Virus record (IMG/VR): IMGVR_UViG_3300043313_000346 | Location: 12,885-76,884 of that record | Source of the DNA: a virus | Strand: one strand, 5' to 3' | DNA length: 64,000 nt | Shown: positions 36,395 through 46,402 of the stretch, in pieces | Position numbering within the stretch: the stretch's first letter is position 1 | Layout: each line of letters opens with the position of its first letter | The notes under the pieces: generated by a model | Database searches by the model: none | The model's input: only the letters and a program-made list of their open reading frames with translations | What the model was told of the DNA's origin: nothing | Position numbers and translations under genes: made by a program

Positions 36395-37467
36395 GCGATC
36401 CGCGCCTCAAGCTCGGCGAGGCGCGCTTCCATCTTCGCAAGACGGGCTTCGAGCGCGTCAGCCTGCGCCTGCTTGCGCGCGACATACGCCTGCACATCGG
36501 GCGGAAGCTCAGCCGGCTCGCCGGCAACTGCAGGGTCGAATAATGACGGCCCGCTGCTCGGCGTGCCGGTGCCCCAATCGCCGTTGCCGGGCTTGAGACC
36601 ATCCATCGCGATCACACGCTTCATCACATGGATGTCTTCGTCGAAATACTGCACGCCCTTGTGGCTGATGCTGCTCGCTTCGTTCTTGATGGTCTTGGCC
36701 TTGTGCTGCCATTCGTCTTTCTGCACGTCGTAATAGCCGACGACCTTGTCGCCGGCGCGAAACTCGATGCGGTTTTTGGTGCAGCGAATCTCGGTGTTGA
36801 CCGTCTCGCCCTCGTGCTTGAAGTCCTCGTTTTTCTTCTTGATCCCGGCGACCTGTGCCGCCCATTGCTCGACGCTCAACGGCGGCTCGCCTCGCGCCTG
36901 TCGCGCCTCGTTGGTCTTTTGCTGCGACTTCTGGCGTTCCTGCTTTTTCTTCTCGACATGGCGCAGCGAAACCATGCGCTCCACTTTTTTCTTTTCGCCG
37001 CCGCCGCCGCCGCTCTCGGCGTGCTGCGTCGCTGTCGCCCCACCACCGCTGCCGCTGCTTTCCTCTTCGCTGTCGAGCGACAACAGGAACAGCCCGGTGC
37101 GGCGCATCAACGTCATCTGCCCGTTGTCGTCATACTGCGAATTCTCGCCCGGCTTGAGACCGAGCGGGCGGAAGCGGCGATCATCCATCATGGCGGCGAT
37201 CGGATGCGAGCGGTTGCCTCCGATGAACGACATGATCGCTTCGGCGCTTTCCTCGATCTGTCCGTCTTTGCCTTTCTTCGCCGGCATCACGACGCTGGAA
37301 AAGCCGTAGTTCTGCGGCGCCTCGACCTTGTCGCGCGTCTCGCCTTTCATGAAGTTGCCGGCCATCTCCTGCATCAGCGTGCCGTCGTCGACCTTGTCGA
37401 CGATCGAGCGGGCGCCGCCGGCGCTGAAGGCGCGGAAGGATGTCATCAGTGGCGTGTAGCGATGCAT
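36391..37467 (-). CDS. baseplate spike, Mu gp45/gpV-like
   Basis: VE.PQNYGFSS..GGNRSH..DDRRFRP.GL.PGE. Confidence 0.88.
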   Translation of the reverse strand: MHRYTPLMTSFRAFSAGGARSIVDKVDDGTLMQEMAGNFMKGETRDKVEAPQNYGFSSVVMPAKKGKDGQIEESAEAIMSFIGGNRSHPIAAMMDDRRFRPLGLKPGENSQYDDNGQMTLMRRTGLFLLSLDSEEESSGSGGGATATQHAESGGGGGEKKKVERMVSLRHVEKKKQERQKSQQKTNEARQARGEPPLSVEQWAAQVAGIKKKNEDFKHEGETVNTEIRCTKNRIEFRAGDKVVGYYDVQKDEWQHKAKTIKNEASSISHKGVQYFDEDIHVMKRVIAMDGLKPGNGDWGTGTPSSGPSLFDPAVAGEPAELPPDVQAYVARKQAQADALEARLAKMEARLAELEARIA

Positions 37468-37474
37468 GGCGTCC

Positions 37475-38632
37475 TCAAGCGCTGCTCAGTTGTTCGGGCG
37501 GGGGCTCTGCCACCTTGGCCGCCGATGGCGATGCCGGCGGCTTGGTATCGGCTTTAGCTTCCTCGGGCGGTGCCGGGGCAGCCCCTACCCTGAAGTCGCT
37601 ATGATCCTTGAGCAGTCGCGGCGACACCAGTTCGAGCGTCGTCAGCGTGCCGCTGTTGCTGTCCTGCGTGAACGTTGCGGTCTCGATCTTCAGCCCCATG
37701 TCGAGCATCGCCATCGGCGACTTGACCGCGATCAGTGAGCCGGCGCGCCACAACCCGCCGCCCGGCATCATCCAGCCCTGCACGGTGATGGTCGCGCGAA
37801 TATCGGTGTACTCGTGCCAGACCGATTCATTCTTGGCGCGATCCTGAAGCTCGGCTTGCGTCTTGACCGGCTGTTCGGCCGGCGTGAGCAATGGGCTGTA
37901 GCGCAACGCGGTGCCGGCGATCCGCGCGCGCATCTCGGTCGCCTGCCGGCCGTGCTGGTCGTCACCCTGTGGCGGCTGCCCGTCGACGATATAGTCGGAG
38001 TGCATCTGCTCTTTGGAGATCGTCGCCTGACACTTCAGGATATTGTCGCCTTCGACAAGCTCGGCCGCGACGTTCGAATTGTGATTGTCGATCAACAGCA
38101 GATTGCCGAGATGATCGCTGCCCATCACGATCCCGCGCGGGCGCGCGATGCGCTCCAGAAAATTCCACAGGTTCTCGCCGTGCTCGACCTGCAGTTTCTC
38201 GAACGGTTCCGCGTTCAGCTTGCCGATCGTCTTCACGCCGACACCGAACGGCGCGATCACCTTGCGCGCAACTTCCTCGAACGTCTTGCCGTCGAAGTTG
38301 CCCTTCTCGTCGATGATGCTGCCGCGTGACGCATACCACGTCATGCCGACGCCCTGCAGCATGACGCCGTGCGCGTTGGCATCGTAGGATGCCTGCCGCA
38401 ACAGGATCACGCCGGTGATCGCGAGGATGCCGCCGAGATAGATCGCGCATTCATCGCCCGGCTGGAATTGCAGTTTCTCCCACAGCGTCGCCGGGCGATC
38501 GCGCTCGGCTGCGGTGAAGCGAAACAACGGAAAGGCTTCCGCCCAGCGGTGCTGCACGAACACCGATTCCCAATCGTAGAACCGGCGCCCGCGAACCACG
38601 AGCGTTGCTGTTTCTTCTGGCTTGATCGTCAT
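37475..38632 (-). CDS. baseplate hub, Mu gpP-like
   Basis: GE....FLERIAR.RG..D..GNL; TVQGW. Confidence 0.88.
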   Translation of the reverse strand: MTIKPEETATLVVRGRRFYDWESVFVQHRWAEAFPLFRFTAAERDRPATLWEKLQFQPGDECAIYLGGILAITGVILLRQASYDANAHGVMLQGVGMTWYASRGSIIDEKGNFDGKTFEEVARKVIAPFGVGVKTIGKLNAEPFEKLQVEHGENLWNFLERIARPRGIVMGSDHLGNLLLIDNHNSNVAAELVEGDNILKCQATISKEQMHSDYIVDGQPPQGDDQHGRQATEMRARIAGTALRYSPLLTPAEQPVKTQAELQDRAKNESVWHEYTDIRATITVQGWMMPGGGLWRAGSLIAVKSPMAMLDMGLKIETATFTQDSNSGTLTTLELVSPRLLKDHSDFRVGAAPAPPEEAKADTKPPASPSAAKVAEPPPEQLSSA

Positions 38633-39297
38633 GCCGACAAAGCCCAGCCGCTCGCTTTCATGAAGGCCGGATGCACGACCTTGTTCTCATCGCGCAGTTC
38701 GTCGGCACGGCCGGCGTCGTCATAGAGCCGATGCGCTGCCACCAGCGTGGTCAGCGGCGCGGCAAACCGAAACATCAGCATGCGCGGCAACGGGCGCGCG
38801 GTCTCGATCAGGAAGCGCATGGTCGCGGCGTGCAGCCGCACCAGCGCCAGATAGGTCGCGCTGTCCATCGCATCGGCGGCGATCTCTTCGACTGTGGCGA
38901 ACTCTTGGTTCACCCGCTGCCTGATCGCCTCGACGTCTTCCCGGCTGGTGAACGTCAGATCGGCGATGATGCGCGCGCCGGTGCCAAAGCAGAAGTTGGT
39001 CAGCCCGTTCTTGATCAGCGTTGCACCGAGCGTCACCGGCGTCTCGGCGGCAACGCCATCATAGATGCGAACGATGCCGGGGAGCTTGGCGCCAGCCTCG
39101 CGCGCCAGATCGAAACAATCCGCGAGCGGCTCGCCGATCTCATCGTTTTGCAGCAGCGCCTTCACGTTGGCCAACAGCGAGCCGACAGCCGCGCGCACGT
39201 CCGAGCCCGGGCGCCCGCGATCAGACACCGTCGACAACAGGATTTTCATCGCCCGTTCGACGATCGGCTCGGCTTCCTCTGCATCATGCTTGAACAT
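38629..39297 (-). CDS. Mu gpN (DNA circularisation protein)-like, C-terminal part
   Basis: LVAAHRLYDDAGRADEL..ENKVVHPAFM. Confidence 0.8.
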   Translation of the reverse strand: MFKHDAEEAEPIVERAMKILLSTVSDRGRPGSDVRAAVGSLLANVKALLQNDEIGEPLADCFDLAREAGAKLPGIVRIYDGVAAETPVTLGATLIKNGLTNFCFGTGARIIADLTFTSREDVEAIRQRVNQEFATVEEIAADAMDSATYLALVRLHAATMRFLIETARPLPRMLMFRFAAPLTTLVAAHRLYDDAGRADELRDENKVVHPAFMKASGWALSA

Positions 39298-39911
39298 CAG
39301 GTCGCCGCGCCGGCGTCGGTGGTCGCGCTCGCGCCCGGGCTCTGCTGGATGCCGCGCGTGAGAATGTCGACGTTGCGATCGCGCAGTTCCTGAAAATACT
39401 TGAGCATCTCATCGCGGCTGCTCGGGGCCGGCTGCTTTGGCGGCGCGCCAAGCTCGACGAACGTCATGTCGAACACGCAATGGCCGCCGGCGCGTTCTTC
39501 CTCGGTGAGCCGATAGCGCGGGCACATCACCAACATCTCGTTGGTCATCGTGCCCCGGCCGGTCGGCAGCCGCAGCGGCAGCGGATCGCCGCTCGACAGC
39601 GCCGCCGACAGGATGTCGCGCGCGACGCGGTAGTCGCGCTGCTTAAGCTGTGGGCCATCGTTGCCGACGCGATCGTGCGGATACTGAATGCAATAGCCGC
39701 GCACGGTGAACTCGAACGCGCGCCGCCCCATGTCCTCGGCATAGGGCAGATTCTTTTTCGGGAATTCGTGCATCACGATGCGTCGACCGTTCTCGATCGC
39801 GTTCGCCTCACAATAGAAATAAGCGTCGCCGATCTGCGCCTGCTGTAGCGCGGCGCGCCACGGGCTTTTGATCTTGCCTTCGCTGTCATAAGCCAGTTCG
39901 GTGATCAGCAT
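39297..39911 (-). CDS. Mu gpN-like, N-terminal domain
   Basis: W...L..A...GRR.V.HEFP.K..PYAEDMGR..F.MTFVE.G. Confidence 0.85.
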   Translation of the reverse strand: MLITELAYDSEGKIKSPWRAALQQAQIGDAYFYCEANAIENGRRIVMHEFPKKNLPYAEDMGRRAFEFTVRGYCIQYPHDRVGNDGPQLKQRDYRVARDILSAALSSGDPLPLRLPTGRGTMTNEMLVMCPRYRLTEEERAGGHCVFDMTFVELGAPPKQPAPSSRDEMLKYFQELRDRNVDILTRGIQQSPGASATTDAGAAT

Positions 39912-39918
39912 GCTTGCC

Positions 39919-42741
39919 TCAGATCGAAAGCTGTTCGTCGTCGCCGCCGCGACGCGGCGCTGACTGCGCCGGTTCCATCTGCGTCTGGCGGTCGATCTCG
40001 GTTTTCTTGAACAGCCCGCCGCCTTCGGCTTCGACCTTGGTGCCACGCGGCGCCTTCACGTCGACGCTGAGCTTGCCGGTGCCGGTGACGCGGGTTTCGT
40101 TGCTGGCGTTGCTATCGAGCACGCTGCGATCGAACGACGATTGCCCTTCGATCCCGCGCGCCATAGCTGAGCGAAACGCGCGCGAGCCCGCATAGGCGCC
40201 GCGCTGGCCACCGCGCCCGCCCGCGATGTCGAGATGAATCTTGTTCGGATCGCTCATGTAGCTGGCGCCGCCACCGATCACGCCGGCGCGCGCCGCTTCC
40301 TCGGTGAACTTCAACGCACGCGGATCATCCGGTGAGACGACGTTGCCCTTCTCATCGAGCAGATTGAAGTCGCCGGCCTTGCCGAAGTTGTGCCGATGGC
40401 TGCCGGTGCGCGGGCCGTGCGGGTCTTGCCCGCCTGACGTGACACGCGCCGTCAATCCGGTCTGCGCCCCCGCATAGTCGAGCGCGCTTCTCAGCCTTGG
40501 ATCGAGCGCGAGCTTGCGAATCCCCGCGACCCTTCCCTGCGCTTCGACGACGTGGCCTGTGTCGCGTCCCGCACCGCCGCCGCTCGCCGGTGTATCGCCC
40601 GCGCCCGCGCCTGTGCCGGGTCCGACGCTCGACGCTTGCGGCGGGGCGGGCTGAGCGGCGAACTGTTCGGCCTGAGCACCGCGCACCGCCATCTCGTGCC
40701 CGGTGCGTTGCGGCCGTTCGTAATAACGGCTGACTGCAGCGCCGGCTTCGCGCGCCGTCTTCGTGCCGCGCAATTTATCGCCGGCGCCCTTCTCGGTGTT
40801 GTTCAATTCCCAATTAACGGCGGCGAGTTGCTCCTGATAGGACATCTGCGAGATCGACTTGCCGAACTGCCGCTCGATCGCGCGCTGTCGATCCGGATGC
40901 CATTGCGCGATGCCGCTCGCTCGGCCGCCGTCGCCTCTCGCCCCGGTCTGGAATTTGCTTTCGGCGTGCAGGTTCGCCGCGATGCCGGCAGCCTGTTCGT
41001 GCGACCAGCCCTGACTCTTGAAGTATTCGATCGCCTCCTGCGCGCGGCTGCCGGGAGCGGCGCCACCACCGCGCGCGCCTGCCGGCGTGTTGCCCGCGCC
41101 CGCGCCCGTGCCGGGTCCGACGCTGCTGCCATTCGGAGCGCCACCACCGCCACCACCGCCACCGCCGCGCCCGCCTTCGCCCGGGATATTGATGTTGCTC
41201 GGCAGACCGCCGCCGCCCGGCATCTGGAAGCCGCTGCTGCCGCCACCGTCCGGTGAATACGATGCGCGCTGGAAGCCGGCCGGCGCACCACCACCACCGC
41301 CGCCACCACCACCGCCGCTCAGATAATTCTTGAAGTCGACCATGCCCTCGAACACGCCGGTGCGGATCGCGCGCGTGAATGCCGACGCGCCGCCGCTGCT
41401 ACTGCTGTAGCCGCCGTCGCCGCCGCTGTAGGACATGCGGTGAAAGTTCGGCGACGTGCTGCCGGGCGCATCGCGTCGCGATGGATCGCTTCCGACGCCG
41501 GGCGGCAACGTGGGGAAACGTTCGTTGAACGATGCCGCTGGCGGTGCGGCTGGCGCGTCTGACTTGGGAAACATCGGCGTGCCCCAGTCAGGCCGCTTGG
41601 TAAACGTATCCAAGACGTTGTAATCGCCGGACGCCCATTTCTCTTCCCACTTTTTCTTGTTCTCTTCCGACGTCTCGACGCCCATCAACTTCTGCCATCG
41701 CGGGTCCATGCCTTCGGCGATGGTCTGCTTGGGATTCGTGATCAGCTTATAAATATAGAGGATTTCCTTCGCGACCTTGGCGATTTCCTTCGATGCGTTC
41801 TCACCGAACGCCTTACCCCAACTTTCGCCGGTGGTGCCAAGCTCGCGGTTCAGCGCTTGCAGCAACGGGATCAGGCCAGCCTGCAGCGCGGTGATGAACT
41901 CGTTATATTCGCGGTCGACCTTCCGCATTTCGGCGTTGAAGCTCTTCGCGATGTCGAGCCGCTTTTTGTATTCCGCTTCCTCGGCTGCGGTCGCGCCCGC
42001 AAAGTTCTCGTTGATGATTTGCGCGGCAACGCTCGGATCGAGCTTCAGGGTGCTCAGGAAGCGATTGGTCAATTCGGCGGCCATTGCCATGTTGGCTGTG
42101 CCGGTCTCCCTTCTGGTGCGCTCCATCTCTGCGGCGTAGACGCTGCGCGCAGCGCGCAGGGCTTCGGTGAGCGCTTGGGCCGTTTCGCCCCGGCCGGCCA
42201 TGCCGGTGATGTTCCGGAGGAACGCTTCCATCGCGGCCGGATCGCTGGTCGTTCGCAGCAAGTCTTCACGCGCCTTGCTGCCGATCCGACTGATTTCGGC
42301 CAGCGCGGTCTGGAAGTTCGCAACGGCTTGCGAGGCGGCATTGGGATCGACGCCCGCTATTTTCATCTGCTCGACGATCGCCTTCAGGTTTGCGCCGCCG
42401 ATGCCGAACGTCCTCGCCGTGTTGTCGAGCCGGATCACTTCGTCGGTGAACTTGCGCAGCCCTTCGATCATGAAGTTGCTGATCAAGCCGCCCGCATAAG
42501 CCGCCATCGCGGCGCCCATCGAACGCGCCATCGACTGCACCGCGCTCGATGTCTTGGCCGCATGCTCGCGCGTTTGGCCCATCTTGACGCCCAGCGCTTC
42601 GACCTCCTTTTGCATCCGCGCGAGCGCATCGCGGTTCTCCTGCCCGCCCAAGGCGCGCAAGTTCTGACGCAGCGTTGCCAGCCCGGTCGACGCATTGTCG
42701 ATCAGGGTGACTGTCAGCCTCAGTTCTTCGAATTCAGGCAT
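39919..42741 (-). CDS. tape measure protein with phage-tail lysozyme and M15-like peptidase domains
   Basis: Helical N-terminus; AAGIAANL.AES..GIAQW..YYERP; VTSG..SHRH..GKAGD..HLD. Confidence 0.88.
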   Translation of the reverse strand: MPEFEELRLTVTLIDNASTGLATLRQNLRALGGQENRDALARMQKEVEALGVKMGQTREHAAKTSSAVQSMARSMGAAMAAYAGGLISNFMIEGLRKFTDEVIRLDNTARTFGIGGANLKAIVEQMKIAGVDPNAASQAVANFQTALAEISRIGSKAREDLLRTTSDPAAMEAFLRNITGMAGRGETAQALTEALRAARSVYAAEMERTRRETGTANMAMAAELTNRFLSTLKLDPSVAAQIINENFAGATAAEEAEYKKRLDIAKSFNAEMRKVDREYNEFITALQAGLIPLLQALNRELGTTGESWGKAFGENASKEIAKVAKEILYIYKLITNPKQTIAEGMDPRWQKLMGVETSEENKKKWEEKWASGDYNVLDTFTKRPDWGTPMFPKSDAPAAPPAASFNERFPTLPPGVGSDPSRRDAPGSTSPNFHRMSYSGGDGGYSSSSGGASAFTRAIRTGVFEGMVDFKNYLSGGGGGGGGGGAPAGFQRASYSPDGGGSSGFQMPGGGGLPSNINIPGEGGRGGGGGGGGGAPNGSSVGPGTGAGAGNTPAGARGGGAAPGSRAQEAIEYFKSQGWSHEQAAGIAANLHAESKFQTGARGDGGRASGIAQWHPDRQRAIERQFGKSISQMSYQEQLAAVNWELNNTEKGAGDKLRGTKTAREAGAAVSRYYERPQRTGHEMAVRGAQAEQFAAQPAPPQASSVGPGTGAGAGDTPASGGGAGRDTGHVVEAQGRVAGIRKLALDPRLRSALDYAGAQTGLTARVTSGGQDPHGPRTGSHRHNFGKAGDFNLLDEKGNVVSPDDPRALKFTEEAARAGVIGGGASYMSDPNKIHLDIAGGRGGQRGAYAGSRAFRSAMARGIEGQSSFDRSVLDSNASNETRVTGTGKLSVDVKAPRGTKVEAEGGGLFKKTEIDRQTQMEPAQSAPRRGGDDEQLSI

Positions 42742-42940
42742 CGTCGCTGTCAGCCGCTTGCTGTTGCCGGCGCATGATCTCGGCAAGCTCGATCGTGCGG
42801 CTCAAGTGAAGCTGCACTTCATCGAGTGGCATGTTCAGGAAAACATCCGGCGCTTGGTGGTAGTGGCGCGCGAGCCGGTAGCAATCGAGAATCAAGTCTT
42901 TCTCGTCGCCTACCAAGCGTCCGGATCGGGAAGAAAAAAA
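42734..42940 (-). CDS. -1 frameshift extension of the tail assembly chaperone (gpE'/GT-like)
   Basis: T7 run at 42934-42940; the -1 frame is open to 42734 (LARHYHQAPDVFLNMPLDEV). Confidence 0.75.
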   Translation of the reverse strand, partial: FFSSRSGRLVGDEKDLILDCYRLARHYHQAPDVFLNMPLDEVQLHLSRTIELAEIMRRQQQAADSDDA

Positions 42941-43332
42941 TTGCGTAGCCGATACGCGCACGATGCCCAATCGCGCGGGTCCATCGTATCGAGAAACGGA
43001 GACATCACGCCGCTCAGCGCGGTCATCATCAACGTCATCTTGCGTTCGTCCATGATGACATCGCCGCCAGCATCGATGCGAACCGGCAGACCGTTGCGGT
43101 TGATGTCCGCGCCGGTTGGCTGCCGGAATGACAGTTCGCGAATCTCGTTGCCCTTGTTGTCGCGGATTGGCTTGCGCGTCAGCTTGACCTTGATCGGCCA
43201 CGTCTCGACATACGGCTCGGGCTCGGGCGGTGCGGACGGCGCCGCCGGCTCGGCCACAGCATCGATGACGACACCTTCCGGCTTCGCCGCCTCATCGACG
43301 GCGACGAAGCCCTCACGAACAGGCTTATTCAT
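42910..43332 (-). CDS. tail assembly chaperone
   Basis: Lies between tube and TMP; EL.FRQPTGADI..MD.RD..FF. Confidence 0.85.
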   Translation of the reverse strand: MNKPVREGFVAVDEAAKPEGVVIDAVAEPAAPSAPPEPEPYVETWPIKVKLTRKPIRDNKGNEIRELSFRQPTGADINRNGLPVRIDAGGDVIMDERKMTLMMTALSGVMSPFLDTMDPRDWASCAYRLRNFFLPDPDAW

Positions 43333-43694
43333 AGCTGGATTTCCTCACACCACAGGCCTTCCCATCGCACGCGCGCCTGCCCGTCGCGGGTGTTGCCCTC
43401 CAGCGCACTTTTGCAAGTCGCGCCGGCGAGCGTGTACTGCTTGTTGTTGGCAAGCTGTGCGACGACGGTGACATCCGTCTGCGCATCTAGGTCTTCGAGG
43501 TTGACTTCCGGCGTGAGCGAGATGTCGCCCTCGATGTACGGGACGCGCGGCAATTCCTGATAGCCGTGAACGCCATCCTGCCCGGCGATCATCGTGCGTT
43601 CCGTCGGGCTCGGCGAAACGGTGAAGTTGCCTCGCAATGGAAGCTGGTTGCCGTCGACCATCACGAAGGCAATGCCAGCAAAGCGCTGTGCCAT
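43329..43694 (-). CDS. tail tube protein (Mu gpM-like)
   Basis: AGIAFV.VDG..G.DGVHGY.E.P..P.IE. Confidence 0.9.
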   Translation of the reverse strand: MAQRFAGIAFVMVDGNQLPLRGNFTVSPSPTERTMIAGQDGVHGYQELPRVPYIEGDISLTPEVNLEDLDAQTDVTVVAQLANNKQYTLAGATCKSALEGNTRDGQARVRWEGLWCEEIQL

Positions 43695-43734
43695 TTTAGA
43701 CTCCTGATTTTAGAGAGGGATGAGCGCGAGGGGA

Positions 43735-45294
43735 TCAGGCCGCGCGCCCGGTGATGCCGACGGTGGGGCCGATGATCTCGGCGTCGATGCCGCGATCGTA
43801 TTGCAGCCGGAATTGCGCCAGCACCGCGAACACACGAAGCTGGTTGATCAGGTCCGGCGGGTACAGCACGTTGAGCCGGTTCGGATCGTTCGGGTCACGC
43901 TCGACGATCAGATGCTTTTTGAAGTTGCGCGTGTCCTCGACGAGCCCGTTGTACTCATCCATGCGGTACTGCGCGATCAGTTCGGCCTTCGCGATGCCGG
44001 GAGTGATGATCGCCTGCCCGGGACCGAAGCGCGTGCCGTCGTTGGCCAGCTTGTGCCTCGGGAATTTGCTGGTGATGGCATGGCGCTGATTGCGCAACAG
44101 CCGCGCCAGCGTCGCCAGCGTGGTGACAAGCTCATAAGCATCGTCGGGGTTGCCATAGAGATTGCGCTGGTAGGTCGTCTGCTCTCGGGCGAGCATCGGC
44201 TGATTGTCCGATCCGGTCTTCTGGATCGCGATGCCGCTGAGCGCGAGGCTGTTAAGCTCGGCGAACTTGAAGCGCTCTTGCAACGCCGCCGGCTTGATCT
44301 GGTTGAGCGAGAGCGACTGCAGCGGACGCGCCGGATCGTTGATCAGTGCGCGCTGTGCCTTCGCCGCATAGGCCGCCGCCCATTCGAACGCCGGCGACGG
44401 GCTGCCGACTTCGAAGCCAAGGATCGAGACCACGCCGGAATTGCGCGTGCCGCCGAACGTGAGCAGATCGGCGTAGATGCCGCGCTTGGCCGAGAAGATG
44501 TGGCCGAACAACTGGCGCTGCCAGCCCCACCGTCCGGAATCCGAGAAGCCGTATTCAAGCTCCCATGCCTGCAGCGACGTCGAGTCGGTGTAGGGCATCG
44601 CGACATATTCGAATTCCATCTCACCGAGATTGTCGATCGCGTCATCCATCTCGGGGACGCCGACGCCGCCGGTGAGGACGCCGCCAACCGGCAACGTGAG
44701 CGCGAGCCCGGGCGGCAGGATTTCACCGCCGATCGAACCGAAGTAGTTCACGCCGACAGCGATCTCGTTGCCGCTGACGCCCTTGAACACCGCAGTGAGC
44801 GTCACGTCGGTCGGCGAACCGACGCTCGTCACCGGCAGATCGATTTGCTCGTTGATCGCGGCCGAGATCGCGACATGGATTTCGTTCACCGTGTCGCTTG
44901 CGCCGACGTTGATCGGGATGTGGTTGCCGCCGACGTAGAGATGGATCGTGCCGGCTTCGGTCGGTGCCGACGCCACCGTGATGACGCCGCTTGCGGCGGT
45001 GCCGGCGGCGGGCTCGGCGAGTGGCAAGCCGTAGACGAGTCCCGACGTGTTGTTGTTGTAGAACGCGCGAAACATGCGGGCCAGTTCAGAGCCGGGCCCG
45101 AACGCTTCATCGGCCTGCGCCTGTGAACCGATCGCGAGCGGGATGTCGATCGGCGCGGCGCCGGCGGTGATCTTGGTGCCGACGAGCAGGGCCGGCTGCT
45201 TGAGCACCGGCAAGCCCGCCTTCGACGGATCGACCTCGACCCAGTAGAGCGGCACTTTGATTTCAGCGGGGATTTGCGAGAACGAAATAGGCAT
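43735..45294 (-). CDS. tail sheath protein (Mu gpL-like)
   Basis: ISFSQIP..VPL...E.D; FG.GS.LARM; DPARPLQ; PPDL.NQLRVFA. Confidence 0.95.
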   Translation of the reverse strand: MPISFSQIPAEIKVPLYWVEVDPSKAGLPVLKQPALLVGTKITAGAAPIDIPLAIGSQAQADEAFGPGSELARMFRAFYNNNTSGLVYGLPLAEPAAGTAASGVITVASAPTEAGTIHLYVGGNHIPINVGASDTVNEIHVAISAAINEQIDLPVTSVGSPTDVTLTAVFKGVSGNEIAVGVNYFGSIGGEILPPGLALTLPVGGVLTGGVGVPEMDDAIDNLGEMEFEYVAMPYTDSTSLQAWELEYGFSDSGRWGWQRQLFGHIFSAKRGIYADLLTFGGTRNSGVVSILGFEVGSPSPAFEWAAAYAAKAQRALINDPARPLQSLSLNQIKPAALQERFKFAELNSLALSGIAIQKTGSDNQPMLAREQTTYQRNLYGNPDDAYELVTTLATLARLLRNQRHAITSKFPRHKLANDGTRFGPGQAIITPGIAKAELIAQYRMDEYNGLVEDTRNFKKHLIVERDPNDPNRLNVLYPPDLINQLRVFAVLAQFRLQYDRGIDAEIIGPTVGITGRAA

Positions 45295-45334
45295 GACGGT
45301 GCTCCTGTGAAAGCTGTGCGAATACTGGCTGGCC

Positions 45335-45649
45335 TTAGGCCGGCTCGTGCGCCTGCGCCCGGCGAGAGCCACTGCGCTCGCCTTCCTTGGACTTCTCTTC
45401 ACGCTTCGGTTCGGCGGTCACCGAGCCTTCCTTGATGCGGCGGCGGGTGAACTGATCGAGTGGCCATTCGACCGAGCCCTCTTTCGGGAAGGCGATGCCG
45501 CCCGACGGATGCTTGAGCGCACGGCGCAGGTCGTCGTTTGCCGGATTGACACGCACGCGCGGTGCGGGCGGGTTGAGCTTCGCCATGTGTTCCTTGCGCG
45601 CTGCGACTTGCTGTTCGCGCAAGCTCTTCTCGCCTTCGTTGCTGGCCAT
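45335..45649 (-). CDS. DUF2635 / Mu gp38-like small protein
   Basis: P.EG.VEW..DQFTRRRIKEGSV; directly precedes the sheath. Confidence 0.7.
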   Translation of the reverse strand: MASNEGEKSLREQQVAARKEHMAKLNPPAPRVRVNPANDDLRRALKHPSGGIAFPKEGSVEWPLDQFTRRRIKEGSVTAEPKREEKSKEGERSGSRRAQAHEPA

Positions 45650-45751
45650 TGGTCGTGTCCTCACGCGGTTCGCGTGCCGACAGGACGCCGGCGCGCTTCG
45701 GTTGCTTCGGTGGTTGGGGGAAAAGTGAAGTTAAGCGGCTTTACTTCAGAA

Positions 45752-46402
45752 TTACGCGGCGGCCTTCAGCTTGGCCGGCGTGAACTCGTATTCGGTGATG
45801 ATGCGCAGCACTTCGTCGACCGGAGGGATGGTGCCGTCGTGGCGCAATGGCACGGTCTCCTGATGGATGCGCAACAGGTCGTCGGTGATGATCGGCGGGA
45901 AAGCGGCGCGGAAGACCACGACCGCCTCATATTGCAGTTCGGCGATCGGCGTTTCGTTCGCCCCGATCTGATCCCAATTGATCTTGTAGCTGCCGCCCTT
46001 GATGCCCTCGATGATGATGCCGTCGGGCAGCGTCACCACGCCGGCGGGCGCGCTCGTGTCGATCAGGTTCATGATGTACTGATCGCGCCACAGCCCGTTC
46101 ATGATCTGCCAAAAAGCCGCGTCAAGTTTTCGCTGGCTCTCGACCGGATCGTTGTTCTGGATCACCACCGAGAAGCCGACGGTCATGTCGTTGATGAAGC
46201 GCACGTCGCCGGCATTGATGTCGCCGTCGGCGCTCATGCTCTGGCGCACGAAGTAGACACCGAGATAGGGCAGCACTTCGGGGATCAGCGGCAGCGCCTT
46301 GGTGCGCCGCGACTTGAAGCCGACGAAGAACGGCAGCGTCACGGTCTTCGCATAGAGCGTGTCGCAGATCACCATGCCGTAGCTTTGCGTGTCGGTGATC
46401 AC
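45752..46402 (-). CDS. putative tail terminator / completion protein
   Basis: Position and size. Confidence 0.65.
   Translation of the reverse strand: MITDTQSYGMVICDTLYAKTVTLPFFVGFKSRRTKALPLIPEVLPYLGVYFVRQSMSADGDINAGDVRFINDMTVGFSVVIQNNDPVESQRKLDAAFWQIMNGLWRDQYIMNLIDTSAPAGVVTLPDGIIIEGIKGGSYKINWDQIGANETPIAELQYEAVVVFRAAFPPIITDDLLRIHQETVPLRHDGTIPPVDEVLRIITEYEFTPAKLKAAA

Noticed and set aside
45725-45750. TGAAGTTAAGCGGCTTTACTTCA as a CtrA box
   Set aside because: Does not fit TTAA-N7-TTAA. It is a single imperfect palindrome, possibly a weak terminator, with insufficient support
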